Below are positions 47,530 to 60,356 of a stretch of DNA of 64,000 nt, piece by piece. The stretch comes from Patescibacteria group bacterium. GTDB taxonomy: Bacteria > Patescibacteriota > Minisyncoccia > Phycocordibacterales > Phycocordibacteraceae. The notes beneath the pieces were generated by a model that saw nothing but the letters and a program-made list of their open reading frames with translations, searched no databases and was not told the origin of the DNA. The DNA lies in the NCBI GenBank assembly GCA_019744845.1, contig JAIETW010000001.1, positions 354,859 through 418,858 of the forward strand, read 5' to 3'. Numbering within the stretch: the stretch's first letter is position 1; the number at the start of each line of letters is the position of its first letter. A program made the position numbers and the translations under genes.

Positions 47530-47849
47530 TCTTTGAAAATATCGTCTGCAGTACCAAAAGATTCTGCGGTACCGAAGGCTGGGGGCGTACCCCCTGGTAC
47601 TTGCGATTCAGTTGTAAATAAACCTGGTGCAGGGAGATCCCCTCCAAGCGCTGCAAGACGTGCACGCACTTCCTCAAGAGCAGCAGCATCTGCGGCGACG
47701 TCTGGCGCCTCTGCAATTGGACGCTCTTCTTCCAAGTCGGTGGTTGCGGGCCATGGCTTATACGGTCCGTCAGGTCCCTGCGGTGCTCCAGCAGGAACAT
47801 GATATCCGTCGGGCCCTTGGCGCATGCCTCCCATATGTCTGTAGCGTAG

Positions 47850-47873
47850 CAACAAAAAAGACCGGGTCAAGCC
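47850..47873. terminator. Intrinsic terminator immediately 3' of rplB (gaccggg-tcaag-cccggtc flanked by aaaaaa and tttt)
   Basis: The hairpin sits 12 nt beyond the rplB stop. It separates the rplC-rplB unit from rpsS and downstream genes. Confidence 0.65.
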
Positions 47874-47884
47874 CGGTCTTTTGA

Positions 47885-48727
47885 TTAGCCCTTCTTGCCG
47901 ACCTTGCGGCGAGAAACGATGTGCGAGTTGGAGTACTTCTTCGGCGTACGAGTCTTCTGGCCCTTGCCGGTTGGCTTACCCCACATGCTCTTCGCACGGC
48001 GGAGACCACGACCCTGACGTCCTTCACCTCCTCCGTGTGGGTGATCAACGGGGTTCATTGCGGTACCACGAACGGTAGGGCGGATACCCATCCAACGGGA
48101 GCGTCCTGCCTTTCCGAAGTTCACGAGACGTGACTCTTCGTTACCGACCGCACCAATAGATGCCCAACAAAGATCTGAGACCTTGCGCACTTCCGTTGAA
48201 GGAAGCTTCACCTGTGCGTAGCCTGCGTCATGTGCAATGACTTCTGCGTAGTTTCCTGCAGAACGAACGAGGCGAGCACCCGCACCTACCTGAAGTTCAA
48301 TGTTGTACACAAAGGTACCGGTAGGAATCTTTCCAAGAGGAAGGCGGTTACCGACAGACACTGGCGCGTCCTCAGACACGATGAAGTTGTCACCAACCTT
48401 AAGGTCCTTAGGGGCAAGGACGTAACGGCGCTCTCCGTCAGCGTAGACGACACGAGAGACGAAACCGGTGCGGTATGGATCATACTCAACGGTCTCTACA
48501 CGTGCAGGAACATTCTTCTTGTCGTACTTAAAGTCCACATCGCGGAAACGCTTCTTGTGACCTCCTCCCTGGTGACGGGTAGTGACGCGTCCATCAGCAT
48601 TGCGGCCTGCGTTCTGTTTCTTTCCTGCGACAAGACTCTTGAATGGGCGGTCGCCCGAAAGAAGCTTCTTGTACGGAAGCGTGGTCATGTGACGACGGCT
48701 CTTGGTGTATGGCTTGTAGGATTTCAT
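47885..48727 (-). CDS. rplB: 50S ribosomal protein L2
   Basis: 280 aa with the C-terminal GGGEGRQ and His-rich motifs. Confidence 0.9.
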   Translation of the reverse strand: MKSYKPYTKSRRHMTTLPYKKLLSGDRPFKSLVAGKKQNAGRNADGRVTTRHQGGGHKKRFRDVDFKYDKKNVPARVETVEYDPYRTGFVSRVVYADGERRYVLAPKDLKVGDNFIVSEDAPVSVGNRLPLGKIPTGTFVYNIELQVGAGARLVRSAGNYAEVIAHDAGYAQVKLPSTEVRKVSDLCWASIGAVGNEESRLVNFGKAGRSRWMGIRPTVRGTAMNPVDHPHGGGEGRQGRGLRRAKSMWGKPTGKGQKTRTPKKYSNSHIVSRRKVGKKG

Positions 48728-48736
48728 GGCAAAATA

Positions 48737-49090
48737 TTAGGCAAGGGTGATGGTGTCGCCCTTCTTCAAGTACACGTATGCCTTGTGGCGGCGTGCGCGA
48801 GTACCAAACCCACGGCGGGTGCGAAGTGCCTTCTTCTTTCCTGGAAGATTCACAATCGCGACCTTGGTAGGAGTCACCTTGTAGAGAGTCTCTACTGCTG
48901 CCTTCACCTGGGTCTTGGTGACCTCGGGTGGTACGGCAAAGACGTAGACACCGCGCTCAGTACCAATGAGTGCTTTCTCGCTCATCCATGGGGCCTTCAG
49001 TACGCCATCCACGCGACCGGAAACCTTCTTCACTACCTTCTTGGTAGCCTTGGTTGCCGTTTTCTTCTTGTTGTCAGAAAAGAGTCCCAT
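48737..49090 (-). CDS. rplW: 50S ribosomal protein L23 (with a basic N-terminal extension)
   Basis: KAPWMSEKALIGTERGVYVFAVPPEVTKTQVKAAVETLYKV ... Confidence 0.85.
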   Translation of the reverse strand: MGLFSDNKKKTATKATKKVVKKVSGRVDGVLKAPWMSEKALIGTERGVYVFAVPPEVTKTQVKAAVETLYKVTPTKVAIVNLPGKKKALRTRRGFGTRARRHKAYVYLKKGDTITLA

Positions 49091-49095
49091 ACGAA

Positions 49096-49842
49096 TTATT
49101 TGGATTTGTTCACCTTACCAGAAAGGATAGGAAGTGCCTCCTTCGGGTTCTCAATGATGAGGTAGCGGCGAGTCATCACATCAACCGGGTTAAGGTTGCG
49201 GATCTCTTCGCTCATCACGTTTCCGAGGTTGCGGAAGCTCTTCTTTGCCGCAGCATCGTTTGAAGAGAGCGCGATAAGGGCCGCATTCTTGCGCTTGGAC
49301 ACGAGTCCGACGTTTGCGGCCTTAGAGATAGCCACAAGTGCATTCTTTGCCTCTGCGGTCTTTGGGGTAGAGAACGCGAGCTTCTCAACGAAGATCACCT
49401 CGCCATCCTTAAGCTTGCGAGAAAGCACTGAGAAGAGAGCGGCAGTGCGCATCTTCTTGTTGATCTTCACGGTATAGATACGCTCTGCGCGAGGACCGTG
49501 AGTGGTACCTCCACCAACCCAGATTGGAGAGCGGTTAGAACCGTGACGTGCACGTCCTGTACCCTTCTGCTTCCATGGCTTCTTTCCTCCTCCGGATACT
49601 TCTCCACGGAACTTAGTGTTCGCAACCGTTGGGCGAGCGTTTGCCTGCATACCAACGACCACCTGGTGTACGAGGTCTGCATTCCACTGCACACCGAAAA
49701 GCTCTGCCGGAAGCGCAATCGTTCCTGCCTGTGAGCCATCCATGGCGTAGACCACAGCCTCACCCTTGCCTACCTTAATCTCAGGCGCCTTCTTGGTGCG
49801 AGGTGCTGCCTTCTTTGCGGTTGTCTTTTTGGTAGTAGCCAT
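49096..49842 (-). CDS. rplD: 50S ribosomal protein L4
   Basis: 248 aa, between rplC and rplW. Confidence 0.9.
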   Translation of the reverse strand: MATTKKTTAKKAAPRTKKAPEIKVGKGEAVVYAMDGSQAGTIALPAELFGVQWNADLVHQVVVGMQANARPTVANTKFRGEVSGGGKKPWKQKGTGRARHGSNRSPIWVGGGTTHGPRAERIYTVKINKKMRTAALFSVLSRKLKDGEVIFVEKLAFSTPKTAEAKNALVAISKAANVGLVSKRKNAALIALSSNDAAAKKSFRNLGNVMSEEIRNLNPVDVMTRRYLIIENPKEALPILSGKVNKSK

Positions 49843-49850
49843 ACGAAAAT

Positions 49851-50456
49851 TTATGCGGAAATGATTTCCACGAGTGAACCGCGGGTACCTGGAACGGCAC
49901 CAGAGATGATCATCTCGCCAGTCTTAGCATTCACGTGAAGGACCTTAAGGTTGGTGACCGTGACACGATCCCCGCCCATACGTCCTGCCATGCGCATACC
50001 CTTGGCGACACGACCTCCTGCGCGACCACCTCCACCGATAGAACCAGCCTCACGCTCAGAGTGCTTCTGACCGTGTGAGCGGCGACCGCCGTGGAATCCA
50101 TGGCGCTTCACCACACCCGTAAAGCCATGTCCCTTTGAGGTACCGGCAACACGGACGGAGTCTCCTGCGGCGAAGGAATCAAGAGTTATCTCAGAACCAA
50201 TCTCAAAAGAAGAAGGGTCTTCCACACGAAATTCCTTAAGAACCTTAAAGGCCTTCCCGTGCTGAGCCTTGTTAAGACGCTTCTCGGTCTGTACCTCAAA
50301 GCCCACCTGGACGGCTGCGTAACCATCCTTAGCGTCCTTTGCCTTCACCTGAGTGACGACGATAGGACCCGCCTTAAGGACGGTACCTGCATGCACGATA
50401 CCCTGATCATCAAAGATCTGGGTCATGCGGTCTTTGCGGGCAAGGATGAATTTCAT
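49851..50456 (-). CDS. rplC: 50S ribosomal protein L3
   Basis: MKFILARKDRMTQIFDDQGIVHAGTVLKAGPIVVTQVK ... Confidence 0.9.
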   Translation of the reverse strand: MKFILARKDRMTQIFDDQGIVHAGTVLKAGPIVVTQVKAKDAKDGYAAVQVGFEVQTEKRLNKAQHGKAFKVLKEFRVEDPSSFEIGSEITLDSFAAGDSVRVAGTSKGHGFTGVVKRHGFHGGRRSHGQKHSEREAGSIGGGGRAGGRVAKGMRMAGRMGGDRVTVTNLKVLHVNAKTGEMIISGAVPGTRGSLVEIISA

Positions 50457-50459
50457 GAA

Positions 50460-50490
50460 ATGGAAAACGCGCCTTCAATAGCGCGTAGAG
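50460..50490 (-). promoter_or_regulatory. Hairpin + U-tract located 4-10 nt upstream of the rplC start codon (attenuator-like element)
   Basis: Minus-sense sequence is cgcgc-uauugaag-gcgcg followed by uuuuccauuuc, then AUG. It has terminator-like geometry but directly abuts the rplC start. Confidence 0.4.
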
Positions 50491-50574
50491 GGTTACCCCT
50501 TTCCGGCCATTGGTCCACCCGAAGGTGTACGTAGCGTTTCAGGGACTATACAGGGATGCTCTTAAAGATGCAAG

Positions 50575-50997
50575 CTATGGGTGCCTAAAGTCAGAAACAC
50601 CTGTTTTTTCATCATAAATGTGCCCTGAAAGCTGCGTATGAAGCCACGTGTCTGAGTCCGCTTCAAAGCCATGGGCGACTCCTCGTGGAGCTTTCAGAAC
50701 CGTGCCAGGAGCGTATGGAATGCGCTCGTCACCAATAAGTGCGGTACCCGTACCAGTCACTATGGTGAACTCTGAATCCGTCTGGTCGTGGATGTGTGGA
50801 GCGTAGCGTCCACGCGCAAATCCTGCATATTCTTCAACCGTGCCGTCGGCATTCTCTTTAGCAGTGATGAGCACAATGCGTTCGGTGTCCGTTTCAAACA
50901 CATGATGCGGCATACGCGCCACCTCTTCTGGAAGCAGTGCTAGTAGACGACCTGTCTCTACCTCTCGTGTTCCTGTCTGCTTTTCTCCATCTTCCAT
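50575..50997 (-). CDS. Cupin-domain protein
   Basis: 140 aa with a two-His cupin motif region (YAPHIHDQTDSEFTIVTGTGTALIGDERIPYAPGTVLKAPRGVAHGF). Confidence 0.55.
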   Translation of the reverse strand: MEDGEKQTGTREVETGRLLALLPEEVARMPHHVFETDTERIVLITAKENADGTVEEYAGFARGRYAPHIHDQTDSEFTIVTGTGTALIGDERIPYAPGTVLKAPRGVAHGFEADSDTWLHTQLSGHIYDEKTGVSDFRHP

Positions 50998-51009
50998 GTG
51001 AAAATTATA

Positions 51010-51972
51010 CTATTCCTTGGTCGCAAGATACTCCTGTACTCCTGGACGCTTCAAGAACTCCTCAAACATAAGATCTGAAAGTTCTTCTACTGCCTTCAGC
51101 CTGTACGGACGACTCTCTATTTCCTCAATAGCAAGGAGGAGAGTTTTTTTGTCTCCTTTGTGTGGATACCAACGCTCAAGAGGACGCATCAATGCCCCTT
51201 GTCCGATTTCAAGTCCAGGATGGAGTGAAATTCGTGTTGCAGGTTTTTTCTCCGTACGCTTCACAATCATAGACTCCGCACGCTGTGTTATACGATCAAT
51301 CATAAGAGAAAGATCAAACCTTCCTCCTATTTCTTTCAGGAGCGGTTCCATAGACGTCCCCGTCTCTACCGCATCGGTACACACAAGGACATTCTGTGCG
51401 CCTCGTTTTCGTAGCTTCTCTCCTACCTCGTAGGCAAGACGATGTGCCTCTTCGGGAGGAGTAAAGCGCCCTACCGCATACGACAGTACTGGAATATTCT
51501 CTACAGTCGTAGGAGTACTGTGTGTGCGGAGTCGTGTCAGAAACGAACGCATGATCTGTGCAAGGGTCCGACCAGTAACATCTTCAGAGATGATTGTGTC
51601 AGGAAGGCGTCCTTCAATGAGAGACCGCTCAAGCCAGGCTCCGAGCTCTACCATAGGAAGTTCGTGCTCAATTTCACCTGCACGGTAACTCGTCTCGTCA
51701 TCGTGCATCATGATAGATACCGCCTGTTTCGCCATCTCTAACATCTCTGTAAAATACTCCTCGTCTCGCTGTTTAAGTTCTGCGGCAATGGTGTCCGCCG
51801 TCGGTAATTTTCCGCTGAAGAAATCGCGTATGAACTCAAGTGGGTAGGCAGTCCACAGTGATTGCCGTCTCATCTGTGCAATTCCCTTGAGACGCTCTTG
51901 CTCATACGTTCGCCGTTCCTGTTTACGTCGTGCACTCTCTCTCGTCACAGGATTGTTACGTCCTTCACTCAT
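51010..51972 (-). CDS. Hypothetical protein with a PRTase-like nucleotide-binding loop
   Basis: 320 aa. NVLVCTDAVETGTSMEPL resembles the PRPP-binding loop of type I phosphoribosyltransferases. Confidence 0.35.
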   Translation of the reverse strand: MSEGRNNPVTRESARRKQERRTYEQERLKGIAQMRRQSLWTAYPLEFIRDFFSGKLPTADTIAAELKQRDEEYFTEMLEMAKQAVSIMMHDDETSYRAGEIEHELPMVELGAWLERSLIEGRLPDTIISEDVTGRTLAQIMRSFLTRLRTHSTPTTVENIPVLSYAVGRFTPPEEAHRLAYEVGEKLRKRGAQNVLVCTDAVETGTSMEPLLKEIGGRFDLSLMIDRITQRAESMIVKRTEKKPATRISLHPGLEIGQGALMRPLERWYPHKGDKKTLLLAIEEIESRPYRLKAVEELSDLMFEEFLKRPGVQEYLATKE

Positions 51973-51990
51973 ACAAAAAGTATATAACGA

Positions 51991-52018
51991 AAAACCGCCC
52001 CAGAGATGGGGCGGCTTC
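51991..52018. terminator. Intrinsic terminator 3' of rpsJ (ccgcccc-agagat-ggggcgg with aaaa/ttct flanks)
   Basis: GC-rich 7 bp stem located 12 nt beyond the rpsJ stop. Confidence 0.6.
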
Positions 52019-52029
52019 TAGAGTGGTCC

Positions 52030-52386
52030 TTAGACCATCTTCACATCAATCGTCACTCCCGATGGAAGGTTGAGGTTCGTGAGAGCCTCAATTACCTTCG
52101 GATTCGGAGAGAGAATATCAATGAGACGTTTGTGGATGCGCATCTCGAACTGCTCACGTGCGTCTTTGTGGACGAACGTAGAACGGTTCACGGTCCAACG
52201 CTTTATTTCAGTAGGAAGTGGAACCGGACCCACGATCTTCGCTTCAAAGCGATTCGCCGTGTCCATGATCTGCTTCACTGAAAGATCGAGAATCTTGTGC
52301 TCGTAGGCGCGGACTCGGATGCGAAGCTTCGGCTCGCTTGGCGCGCCTGCTTCTTTCTTCAGAGTCTTTTTCGCTACGGTTGCCAT
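52030..52386 (-). CDS. rpsJ: 30S ribosomal protein S10
   Basis: KLRIRVRAYEHKILDLSVKQIMDTANRFEAKIVGPVPLPT ... Confidence 0.9.
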   Translation of the reverse strand: MATVAKKTLKKEAGAPSEPKLRIRVRAYEHKILDLSVKQIMDTANRFEAKIVGPVPLPTEIKRWTVNRSTFVHKDAREQFEMRIHKRLIDILSPNPKVIEALTNLNLPSGVTIDVKMV

Positions 52387-52404
52387 ACGAGTGATACGAA
52401 CGGG

Positions 52405-53601
<1,197 letters not shown>

Positions 53602-53681
53602 ACAATTTGTAAGTTACGTGTAACTAATTATTAATCAGTACCGCTCACCTGTTCTTAAGGAAGACCCCTAAAAACAACCAA

Positions 53682-53715
53682 GGCGTCGGACGGAATACCC
53701 GCGCGACGCCTTTAA
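53682..53715. terminator. Intrinsic terminator 3' of the 53803 minus-strand gene (ggcgtcg ... cgacgcc flanked by A- and T-runs)
   Basis: 7 bp GC stem with an internal extension. Confidence 0.5.
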
Positions 53716-53802
53716 AACCGGTCCTGTTCTGGAGGAACGTTTACAAAGAGCGCCGTACCGCGTTACTCCCTAAACTACAGGCGTGAGCCTTAAAGGTCAA
53801 CC

Positions 53803-54933
53803 CTACGGGCTCGCTGGGGATGATGGGGATAGTACGAAAGGATCTTCATCCGCTGCCTGGTCATTGGGTACGGCTCTAATATCAAACCCTCGGGTACGAT
53901 AGTGAGACACAAGAGATGCATAGGCATCACTTGAAAGAATGGAATCCCAGCTCTCTCCGGCCTCACGTGCCTCCGCGACAAAGCGTGACCAGGCGACTCG
54001 GGCCTCGTCCAGCGTCTGGCCGTTTGTTGCCTGTCCGTACGCAGTCTCATATGCAATGCGTCGTGCCTCTACCGCGCGTGCGACCCGCTCCGCAGTCTCT
54101 GTCTGTCCTTGTGCCCTCAGAAACGCATCCAGGGTCGTCCATCGCGACTCCCCATACATGGCATCTACGATAATCTCATCAGGGTTTTGTGTAAGTCCTT
54201 CTCTGCTGATGACTTCTTCTGGGAGAGTCTCAAGAAAGAGAGCCACCTCAGCAACAGCCTGATTAAGCTCTTCTGCGACGTCTCTATACTCACTCAGCGC
54301 GCGCTCCGTCTCTAAAGGAGAGGTGGGATTAAATTCGTAGTAGTAGGTCAAAAGCTCATCAGTAACGGCATACTCAAGCGTCACGAGATCTGGCGGCGTC
54401 TGGCGGAGATTCCCCCTCAGACCAATGCCATCAAGCATCTGTGGGCCTTCAAGGTCGGTCGCGCTTGGCGGCATGGTAAGTGGGAGGTTCCGTGCAAGGA
54501 GTGCTTCAAAAGCAGGGCCAAGTCGGGCACCAGACCTGCGAAGAGTGTGTGAGGGATGGGTGTGGAGCCACAGAATACGAAGACGTTCGGGCGACTCACC
54601 ACGAGCGAGTGCGTCCTCGTACGCCGCATCTACCGCCTCCGCCATACGCGCATACGACATACTCACGTTCTCCGCACTACGTCGCGTACTGAAAAGAGAA
54701 AAGCGCAGATCCACAAAAGATCCGCCCGTGCCTGTGGAAATATAGAGCGCACTTCCTTCCCGTCGCTCCTGTGACGCAACGCGTTCTAATTCATGCACCC
54801 CTTCTTCCCATGGCGTGCTTGCGCGTATGTTCTGTGCAGCGACCGGAGGCGCCTCAAATGAGACAAGTGCGAGGGCCGCAACTGCCACCATCTCGCGCAA
54901 TGAACGTCTATGCTCTGGTCCTTGATTAATCAT
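53803..54933 (-). CDS. Hypothetical secreted protein inserted between tuf and fusA
   Basis: Signal-peptide-like N-terminus (MVAVAALALVSFEAPPVAAQ). Ala/Glu/Arg-rich helical protein with no recognisable motif. Confidence 0.45.
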   Translation of the reverse strand: MINQGPEHRRSLREMVAVAALALVSFEAPPVAAQNIRASTPWEEGVHELERVASQERREGSALYISTGTGGSFVDLRFSLFSTRRSAENVSMSYARMAEAVDAAYEDALARGESPERLRILWLHTHPSHTLRRSGARLGPAFEALLARNLPLTMPPSATDLEGPQMLDGIGLRGNLRQTPPDLVTLEYAVTDELLTYYYEFNPTSPLETERALSEYRDVAEELNQAVAEVALFLETLPEEVISREGLTQNPDEIIVDAMYGESRWTTLDAFLRAQGQTETAERVARAVEARRIAYETAYGQATNGQTLDEARVAWSRFVAEAREAGESWDSILSSDAYASLVSHYRTRGFDIRAVPNDQAADEDPFVLSPSSPASP

Positions 54934-55229
54934 TGACCCCTAGGCGTTCATCCTTTGACGGCATCCCTTCTTCGTTCTCTTCTACCTTGTCTTCACCAGC
55001 GTCATCAATAGGTTCGGGGGCGCCCACGTCCATTCCCATAATATTGTCCCAGCGTTCGTTTGGCATACGGGTAGTATAATGGAGCTATGCCAAGACAAGA
55101 AGGACCGGAGGCTTTTCATAGCCGGGAAGAAAAAAGACACATACAGCATCGTATAAAAGAGTTCCTGCTACGACGTCGCGAGCGAGAAATACAGAAAATC
55201 AAAGAAAAGAAAGAACGGAAAGAGAAATA

Positions 55230-55262
55230 AAAAAGAGCCGCATTACGCGGCTCTTTTCCTGT
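55230..55262. terminator. Bidirectional intrinsic terminator 3' of fusA (agagccgc-atta-gcggctct flanked by aaaa and tttcc)
   Basis: Perfect 8 bp stem located 13 nt beyond the fusA stop. Confidence 0.65.
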
Positions 55263-55274
55263 CCACCCGATTAC

Positions 55275-57422
<2,148 letters not shown>

Positions 57423-57514
57423 ATAGGTAGTGGGTAAATAAAAAGGCGCGTGATGCGTTACTTGAAAGATACTGAAAGTAGACCCAAAAAGCAATGTTAC
57501 GCTAGTATGACCCT

Positions 57515-58189
57515 ATGACTGAACGACCGACAGGCCTTGACCAACACTTGCGAGAGAGGTTGTGGCGCATAGAGGAGAAAGTCCAAGAAGTGCTTCGTAT
57601 ATACCGTCTTCTGAGGGAACGGTTCCAGGCTGATGTAGAAGCTCTTGCTGCTGGACGTGAGAGCAACGATGATGATTCTAGGTACTTCACGCTGGACGAA
57701 AGAGAGAGGAAATACCGCGCAGACCGAGCTGCGTTACAAAAGGAGGCTGCAGCAATGCTCGCTGATGTATTCCACGACCTGACACAGGCCTCTTGGGAAC
57801 ATAGTGATCTTGGAACCTCCGAAAGTTACTCAGCCATGGAAACATTTCACCTCCCGCTCGGTCGTGGGTTCCGACTGCGCTTATACCACGGACGCATGTA
57901 CCCTGTGCGAGATAGAGGGCGCCAATATGCGACCGAACGTTGGAATCTGAGCCTCGACGAAGCTAACGTGCCGTCAAATGACAACGCAGGAAGTACAGAA
58001 GAGGCGTTTGCATATGAAGATGTCCCGAAAGACAACGCTGACTTTCTTATGGGAACCCGCGTCAACTTTGAAACAACGACTGATCGTATGAACATAGACG
58101 ATCTTGCACCCAAGGGAATACTTGCAGGCTTCAAGAAGGCTAGATTTGAACGAGCACTTAAGGAATTCAAACGTACACACGGATTGTAA
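57515..58189 (+). CDS. Hypothetical soluble protein inserted (opposite strand) between fusA and rpsG
   Basis: 224 aa ORF with an Arg/Glu-rich helical N-terminus and no recognisable motif. Confidence 0.4.
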   Translation: MTERPTGLDQHLRERLWRIEEKVQEVLRIYRLLRERFQADVEALAAGRESNDDDSRYFTLDERERKYRADRAALQKEAAAMLADVFHDLTQASWEHSDLGTSESYSAMETFHLPLGRGFRLRLYHGRMYPVRDRGRQYATERWNLSLDEANVPSNDNAGSTEEAFAYEDVPKDNADFLMGTRVNFETTTDRMNIDDLAPKGILAGFKKARFERALKEFKRTHGL

Positions 58190-58213
58190 AAACCGCCCTC
58201 TCGGGCGGCTGTG
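58188..58213. terminator. Intrinsic terminator 3' of rpsG (ccgccc-tctc-gggcgg preceded by aaaaa)
   Basis: The hairpin follows the rpsG stop. The U-run is on the minus strand. Confidence 0.6.
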
Positions 58214-58215
58214 TG

Positions 58216-58680
58216 TTACCAAGCGAAGTGGGCGAAGGCCTTGTTCGCATCCGCCATGCGGTGCATATCGTCCTTCTTCTTGATTGCCTCTCCTTCGTTC
58301 TTTGCTGCGAGGAGAATCTCGTTTGCAAGCTTCTCGGCCATAGGCTTTCCCTTCTTGGCACGAGCGGCATTGATGAGCCAGCGGTAGGCCAAAGAGACAC
58401 GGCGCTGCTGAGGAACCTCGCGAGGCACCTGGTAGTTTGCACCACCAACACGACGAGAGCGGACTTCCATAAGAGGAGAGACGTTGCGGATCGCAGTCTC
58501 AAAGGTCTCAATAGGATCAAGCTCGTTTGCTTTGATGACCTCAAGAGCGGCGTAGACGACACGGCGAGCCGTATCCTTCTTGCCGTCTTTCATAACGGTA
58601 TTGATAAAGCGAGAGATAGCCTCTGACTTGTAGAGGAGATCTGGCTTACGAGGAGCACGTTTCTTAAGTGGACGACGCAT
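58216..58680 (-). CDS. rpsG: 30S ribosomal protein S7
   Basis: 154 aa. YKSEAISRFINTVMKDGKKDTARRVVYAALEV ... Confidence 0.9.
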   Translation of the reverse strand: MRRPLKKRAPRKPDLLYKSEAISRFINTVMKDGKKDTARRVVYAALEVIKANELDPIETFETAIRNVSPLMEVRSRRVGGANYQVPREVPQQRRVSLAYRWLINAARAKKGKPMAEKLANEILLAAKNEGEAIKKKDDMHRMADANKAFAHFAW

Positions 58681-58682
58681 GC

Positions 58683-59093
58683 TTAATTCTTAGGCTTCTT
58701 AGCTCCGTAGCGAGAGCGACCACGGCGACGCTTCTCAATACCGGCGGTATCAAGGCGACCACGGACAATCGTGTACTGGACGCCGATGTCCTTCACACGG
58801 CCACCGCGAAGCATGACCACAGAGTGCTCCTGGAGGTTGTGTCCCTCTCCTGGGATGTAGGCAGTAACCTCCATACCGTTGGTGAGGCGCACACGAGCAA
58901 TCTTACGAATAGCGGAGTTAGGTTTGCGGGGGGTCTTGGTGGTTACCTTCGTGCACACACCGCGCTTGAATGGCGCTGGGTAGAAGGTAGGACGGTTTTC
59001 AAGATGGTTGAAGCCACGACCAAGTGCCACGACCTTAGACTTGCGAGGCGTGTTCTTGCGACGTTTCTTCGTGAGCTGATTTATGGTTGCCAT
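58683..59093 (-). CDS. rpsL: 30S ribosomal protein S12 with a roughly 18 aa insertion near the N-terminus
   Basis: [50 protein letters not shown] ... [16 protein letters not shown] ... Start at MATINQ. The start coordinate is within 1 nt of 59093. Confidence 0.9.
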   Translation of the reverse strand: MATINQLTKKRRKNTPRKSKVVALGRGFNHLENRPTFYPAPFKRGVCTKVTTKTPRKPNSAIRKIARVRLTNGMEVTAYIPGEGHNLQEHSVVMLRGGRVKDIGVQYTIVRGRLDTAGIEKRRRGRSRYGAKKPKN

Positions 59094-59184
59094 TTGAAAT
59101 GAAAACTCCCCCGTGGGAGCTAGGGCCCAATATATAGGAGAGCCCATAGAAATGCAATAACAAGGACGTATACTGGTCGGTACC

Positions 59185-59637
59185 ATGTCTGAAGGCCCGT
59201 CAAAAACCCCTGAATCCGCCCCCTCTATACCTATGCGGACCATAGAAGAACTGTCCCGTATCGTCCACGATACCCGGGTGGAACTTGCGGCAGAAGAGCC
59301 GTTTGCAGAGGCATTTACCCGCCAAGTACTCAAGAAACACACCGAGCCACGCCAATACCACCGCATACAAGCTCGGATCATGGCCAACGTCGTGAAGAAA
59401 ATCCTAGAGACAGCAGCCGAAGAAGGTCGTGCTGTTGAGCGGGTCCGCCAGGGGAAACCAGGAAAGCCGGCTACTGCCGTAAGTCCGTATGTGTATTCGG
59501 CTCGTGCGCAGGAAGACATTCTCCGCACTGCAATTACACTCCTTTCAAATCCTCCCTCAAGACTGGATCGTCATCCTGAAGGATTCCAAGAAGCGTGGCT
59601 GGAACGTGCACTCCAGAAAATGCGACAGACGGTTTAG
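59185..59637 (+). CDS. Hypothetical protein
   Basis: 150 aa ORF divergent from rpsL with no recognisable motif. Confidence 0.4.
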   Translation: MSEGPSKTPESAPSIPMRTIEELSRIVHDTRVELAAEEPFAEAFTRQVLKKHTEPRQYHRIQARIMANVVKKILETAAEEGRAVERVRQGKPGKPATAVSPYVYSARAQEDILRTAITLLSNPPSRLDRHPEGFQEAWLERALQKMRQTV

Positions 59638-60356
59638 AGCACCATCTTTACCTGCTCAAACCAGAATCCATATCCGTCTGAAGAAGGATGGAGCCCATCT
59701 TCCGCAAGATATTTCTTTGGATGCTTTAAGAAGGGATCTTCTTTCGGAGGCAGATAAAGATTTACGTACACGGCCTTTGTTCCCTTCACTGCCTCTGCAA
59801 ATGCATCATGGTATTGAAGGGTAAGGCGAGTGTGCAAGAACCGAACGATGCCCGGAAATATAGTGGCACCACCCACATTCCCTGCCGAAAGCACCACCAC
59901 CTTCTCAGTGTTCGGGAGCGTACCAAGAATACGAGTGAATTCTGGGCCTACTTTCTTGGGATCATTGAACCCAAGAATGTCGTTCCCTCCTATATGAATG
60001 AGAATGAGATCGTACTCAGTACGACCCGCTTGAGAAACCTGTTTCGGGAGATCTTCCACCGCCGCGCCTGATACAGCATGGTTTTCTACGTAGGTTGCAC
60101 CTATATATGCAGCAACGCGGCCTGCCACCGAATCCTCAGGCATCGTTGCACCTACTCCCACTCCCGTAGAGTCCCCAAGCACGAGCATGGTCTTGGTATA
60201 GTCTTCCCCTTCTATACGAAATGGAGCCTCGCGTGCCATCAGCCCCTTTGCGGCTTTTGCCTTGAGGAGTGTGTTAGCGGCAGACGAAAGCACAACGCCG
60301 AGGAGAACGAGTACGATAAGCACAACCCAGATGTTCATAGAGATATGATAGCGCAC
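59634..60356 (-). CDS. SGNH/GDSL-family hydrolase (membrane-anchored)
   Basis: N-terminal TM helix. Block I VLGDSTGVG, block III HIGGNDI and block V DGLHPSSDG. Confidence 0.7.
   Translation of the reverse strand: MRYHISMNIWVVLIVLVLLGVVLSSAANTLLKAKAAKGLMAREAPFRIEGEDYTKTMLVLGDSTGVGVGATMPEDSVAGRVAAYIGATYVENHAVSGAAVEDLPKQVSQAGRTEYDLILIHIGGNDILGFNDPKKVGPEFTRILGTLPNTEKVVVLSAGNVGGATIFPGIVRFLHTRLTLQYHDAFAEAVKGTKAVYVNLYLPPKEDPFLKHPKKYLAEDGLHPSSDGYGFWFEQVKMVL

Noticed and set aside
47526-47870. 114 aa Pro/Gly/Ala-rich minus-strand ORF between rplB and the DUF3298 gene
   Set aside because: Low-complexity composition. Its 5' part overlaps the rplB terminator hairpin and it has no room for a promoter. 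Kept only as a doubtful ORF, not a feature.
48230-49165. 311 aa plus-strand ORF antisense to rplB and rplW
   Set aside because: Shadow ORF on the opposite strand of highly conserved ribosomal protein genes.
59094-59528. 145 aa N-terminal extension of the rpsL ORF
   Set aside because: S12 homology starts at MATINQ. The extension would overlap the divergent 59185 gene.
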